From the NCBI GenBank assembly GCA_964536135.1, contig CAZHVM010000003.1:1-55943 (forward strand): 55,943 nucleotides of DNA, read 5' to 3'. This document shows positions 54,693-55,943 of this stretch, one piece after another (within the stretch, counting starts at the first letter, position 1; each line of letters starts with the position of its first letter). Both the position numbers and the translations under genes were made by a program. The notes under the pieces were generated by a model. It was not told the DNA's origin, ran no database searches, and saw only the letters and a list, made by a program, of their open reading frames with translations. This DNA is from an uncultured Candidatus Saccharibacteria bacterium (GTDB taxonomy: Bacteria; Patescibacteriota; Dojkabacteria; SC72).

Positions 54693-55830
54693 GCATTTAA
54701 AGGATGAATGTTGTGAAGACATCTCAACTAAAATTACAGATTTTTATAACTCTAAAGGGTTAGACTATCATGAGCCATTAGGGTTAATCCCAGGTGAAGA
54801 TGATAAAAGTGTCACCTTTACGTCTGCGACTATTAATAATTTCAAAGGATATTTAAGAGGGGAGGAAGAAATACCAGTTAATGGTGTATATACTATTCAG
54901 AATTGTCTTAGAACGCGGAATCTAGATTATAGGTATGAGCTTGAAAAAACTCCTAGATTTGGCAGTTATTTTAGAATGTTTGGACTTATAAGAAGGCCAG
55001 ACTTTTTATTAGAAACATATGCGGATACTATTGAATTTATTGAATCAGAATTAAAAGTTCCTTCAGAATCAATAGTGGTTCATAAATCTAGTGAACATAA
55101 GGTGTTCAACGAATTAATGAAAAAAAATTCGAAACAACATTGGCTTGAAGATAAAATTGATTGGTATAATTGGGAATATGGGGAGGAAGGCATTCGAGGA
55201 GAGGGTATTAGTATTGAAATACCTAATAAGTCAAATCCAACAGAAACACAAGTGATTGGAAATATTGTTGTTATATATAACAGTGATAAACCTATTGCTG
55301 TTGAGTTTGGCTTTGGTCTAGAAACAACAATGAGTCGATTGGAGGGTCTCCCACACCCAATATTTTCTTCTATTATAGGAGAGATATATCTTAAAAGAAA
55401 TAATAATTATGCTGATGAAAAAGATATCCTTTTCTTAGACTTTGCCAATATTCTTTATCATTTAGAAAAAAATAATGTAAAGCGAAGTACAAACATATAT
55501 GTTGATAGAACTATCAAACAATTATTTCAGGGATTATCTATGCAAATGCTTTTGACTTTAAGAGAAGTGTCAGATCTTAAGCCTTTGTTATCGGATTCTC
55601 AAGGTAGTTTATTTGAAGAGTTTGTAGGTTATAATTATTCGTTTCAAGGTAGGGCTTCCTTGTTTCTGAACTCTTGTAAACAAATAGTATCCAACTATAC
55701 AGGTGTTAGGGGTGAGGAGAAAATTAACAGAACGATTGAAAAAAGTGCTCGAAAATATGGATTTAACAAAGAACAGAAGGAAACTTTATTTAACTTTATG
55801 AACTCTCTTAATGGAAAATCTCTCAGTTAG
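54685..55830 (+). CDS. stand-alone paralogue of the alanyl-tRNA synthetase aminoacylation domain (divergent)
   Basis: By-eye alignment to the AlaRS N-terminus: DFYNSKGLDYHEPLGLIPGEDDKSVTFTSATINNFKGY against DFFHSKGHQVV.SSSLVP.NDPTLLFTNAGMNQFKDV; TIQNCLRTRN against TSQRCVRAGGKHND; RFGSYFRMFG against RHHTFFEMLGNF; VEFGFGLETT against VDTGMGLERI. There is no editing or C-Ala domain. Confidence 0.6.
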   Translation: MIEHLKDECCEDISTKITDFYNSKGLDYHEPLGLIPGEDDKSVTFTSATINNFKGYLRGEEEIPVNGVYTIQNCLRTRNLDYRYELEKTPRFGSYFRMFGLIRRPDFLLETYADTIEFIESELKVPSESIVVHKSSEHKVFNELMKKNSKQHWLEDKIDWYNWEYGEEGIRGEGISIEIPNKSNPTETQVIGNIVVIYNSDKPIAVEFGFGLETTMSRLEGLPHPIFSSIIGEIYLKRNNNYADEKDILFLDFANILYHLEKNNVKRSTNIYVDRTIKQLFQGLSMQMLLTLREVSDLKPLLSDSQGSLFEEFVGYNYSFQGRASLFLNSCKQIVSNYTGVRGEEKINRTIEKSARKYGFNKEQKETLFNFMNSLNGKSLS

Positions 55831-55943
55831 GGATATAAAAGACTTATCATATACCTCTTTTTTAGGACTTATCAACCAGTGGAATGTTCCACCAGGAGCT
55901 TATGAAACAGTTAACAAATGGGTTGAGTTTTCGAATATGAATG
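55811..55943 (+). CDS. 5' end of a CDS (partial), probably a class I SAM-dependent methyltransferase
   Basis: MENLSVRDIKDLSYTSFLGLINQWNVPPGAYETVNKWVEF resembles the N-terminal (Y/F)T.F.GL.N..N.PPGG segment of many Methyltransf_11-type enzymes. It overlaps the previous gene by 20 nt and runs off the window. Confidence 0.4.
   Translation, partial: MENLSVRDIKDLSYTSFLGLINQWNVPPGAYETVNKWVEFSNMN

Noticed and set aside
1-55943. Possible alternative genetic code (TGA read as an amino acid, as in some candidate phyla).
   Set aside because: Genes with recognisable full-length homologues terminate at TGA where expected (for example the 9278-10588 gene ends with TGA in an ATGA start/stop overlap). No conserved protein needs read-through, so the standard bacterial code fits.
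1-55943. CRISPR arrays, transposases, integrases, IS ends or prophage genes.
   Set aside because: I scanned intergenic regions and ORF translations. I found no regularly spaced direct repeats outside the in-frame ELW coding repeats, and no DDE, tyrosine or serine recombinase motifs.

Overview
AT-rich, very gene-dense bacterial window with about 50 CDS and one tRNA. I saw no rRNA, CRISPR array, transposase or integrase. Many neighbouring genes overlap by 1-20 nt, several convergent pairs share or abut their stop codons, and Shine-Dalgarno-like motifs are rare. TGA, TAA and TAG all behave as stops. Gene content and compaction suggest a small-genome uncultivated lineage (Patescibacteria/CPR-like); this is inference only.

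Layout:
- 1-24.3 kb is one large, almost unidirectional glycan-assembly island. It starts with a WbpB/D/E/A-like nucleotide-sugar block, and a WecB/WbpI-like 2-epimerase sits further in. It also holds three GT-C-fold membrane proteins, a GtrB/Dpm1-like GT2, two Wzx flippases, about six GT4 and one more GT2, and three methyltransferases.
- 24.3-27.7 kb holds a DUF3800 gene, a DUF456 gene, a hypothetical gene and an M23 peptidase.
- 27.7-36.9 kb holds secA, an acidic zinc-ribbon protein, two tandem GT4 genes, the priming phosphoglycosyltransferase, recO and a large surface protein.
- 36.9-47.2 kb holds tRNA-Lys(CTT), wHTH-Nudix, an NYN protein, a bacterial Elp3 homologue, ndk, a family-4 UDG, a polysaccharide deacetylase, a UPRTase-like protein and an S8 protease. 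It ends with a histidine-kinase relic and a 59-aa membrane ORF that the ORF track misses.
- 47.3-50.3 kb is a 1010-aa ELWxxDGT tandem-repeat surface protein.
- 51-56 kb holds an INS-less proS, a GNAT, and an overlapping gene trio: an S66 (LdcA/MccF-like) peptidase, a stand-alone AlaRS-catalytic-domain paralogue and a methyltransferase.

The two best candidates for something undescribed are (i) the multi-GT-C/dual-Wzx glycosylation machinery, which lacks Wzy, WaaL and Wzz, and (ii) the S66 / AlaRS-like / methyltransferase trio. All homology calls come from motif recognition by eye. No searches were run.
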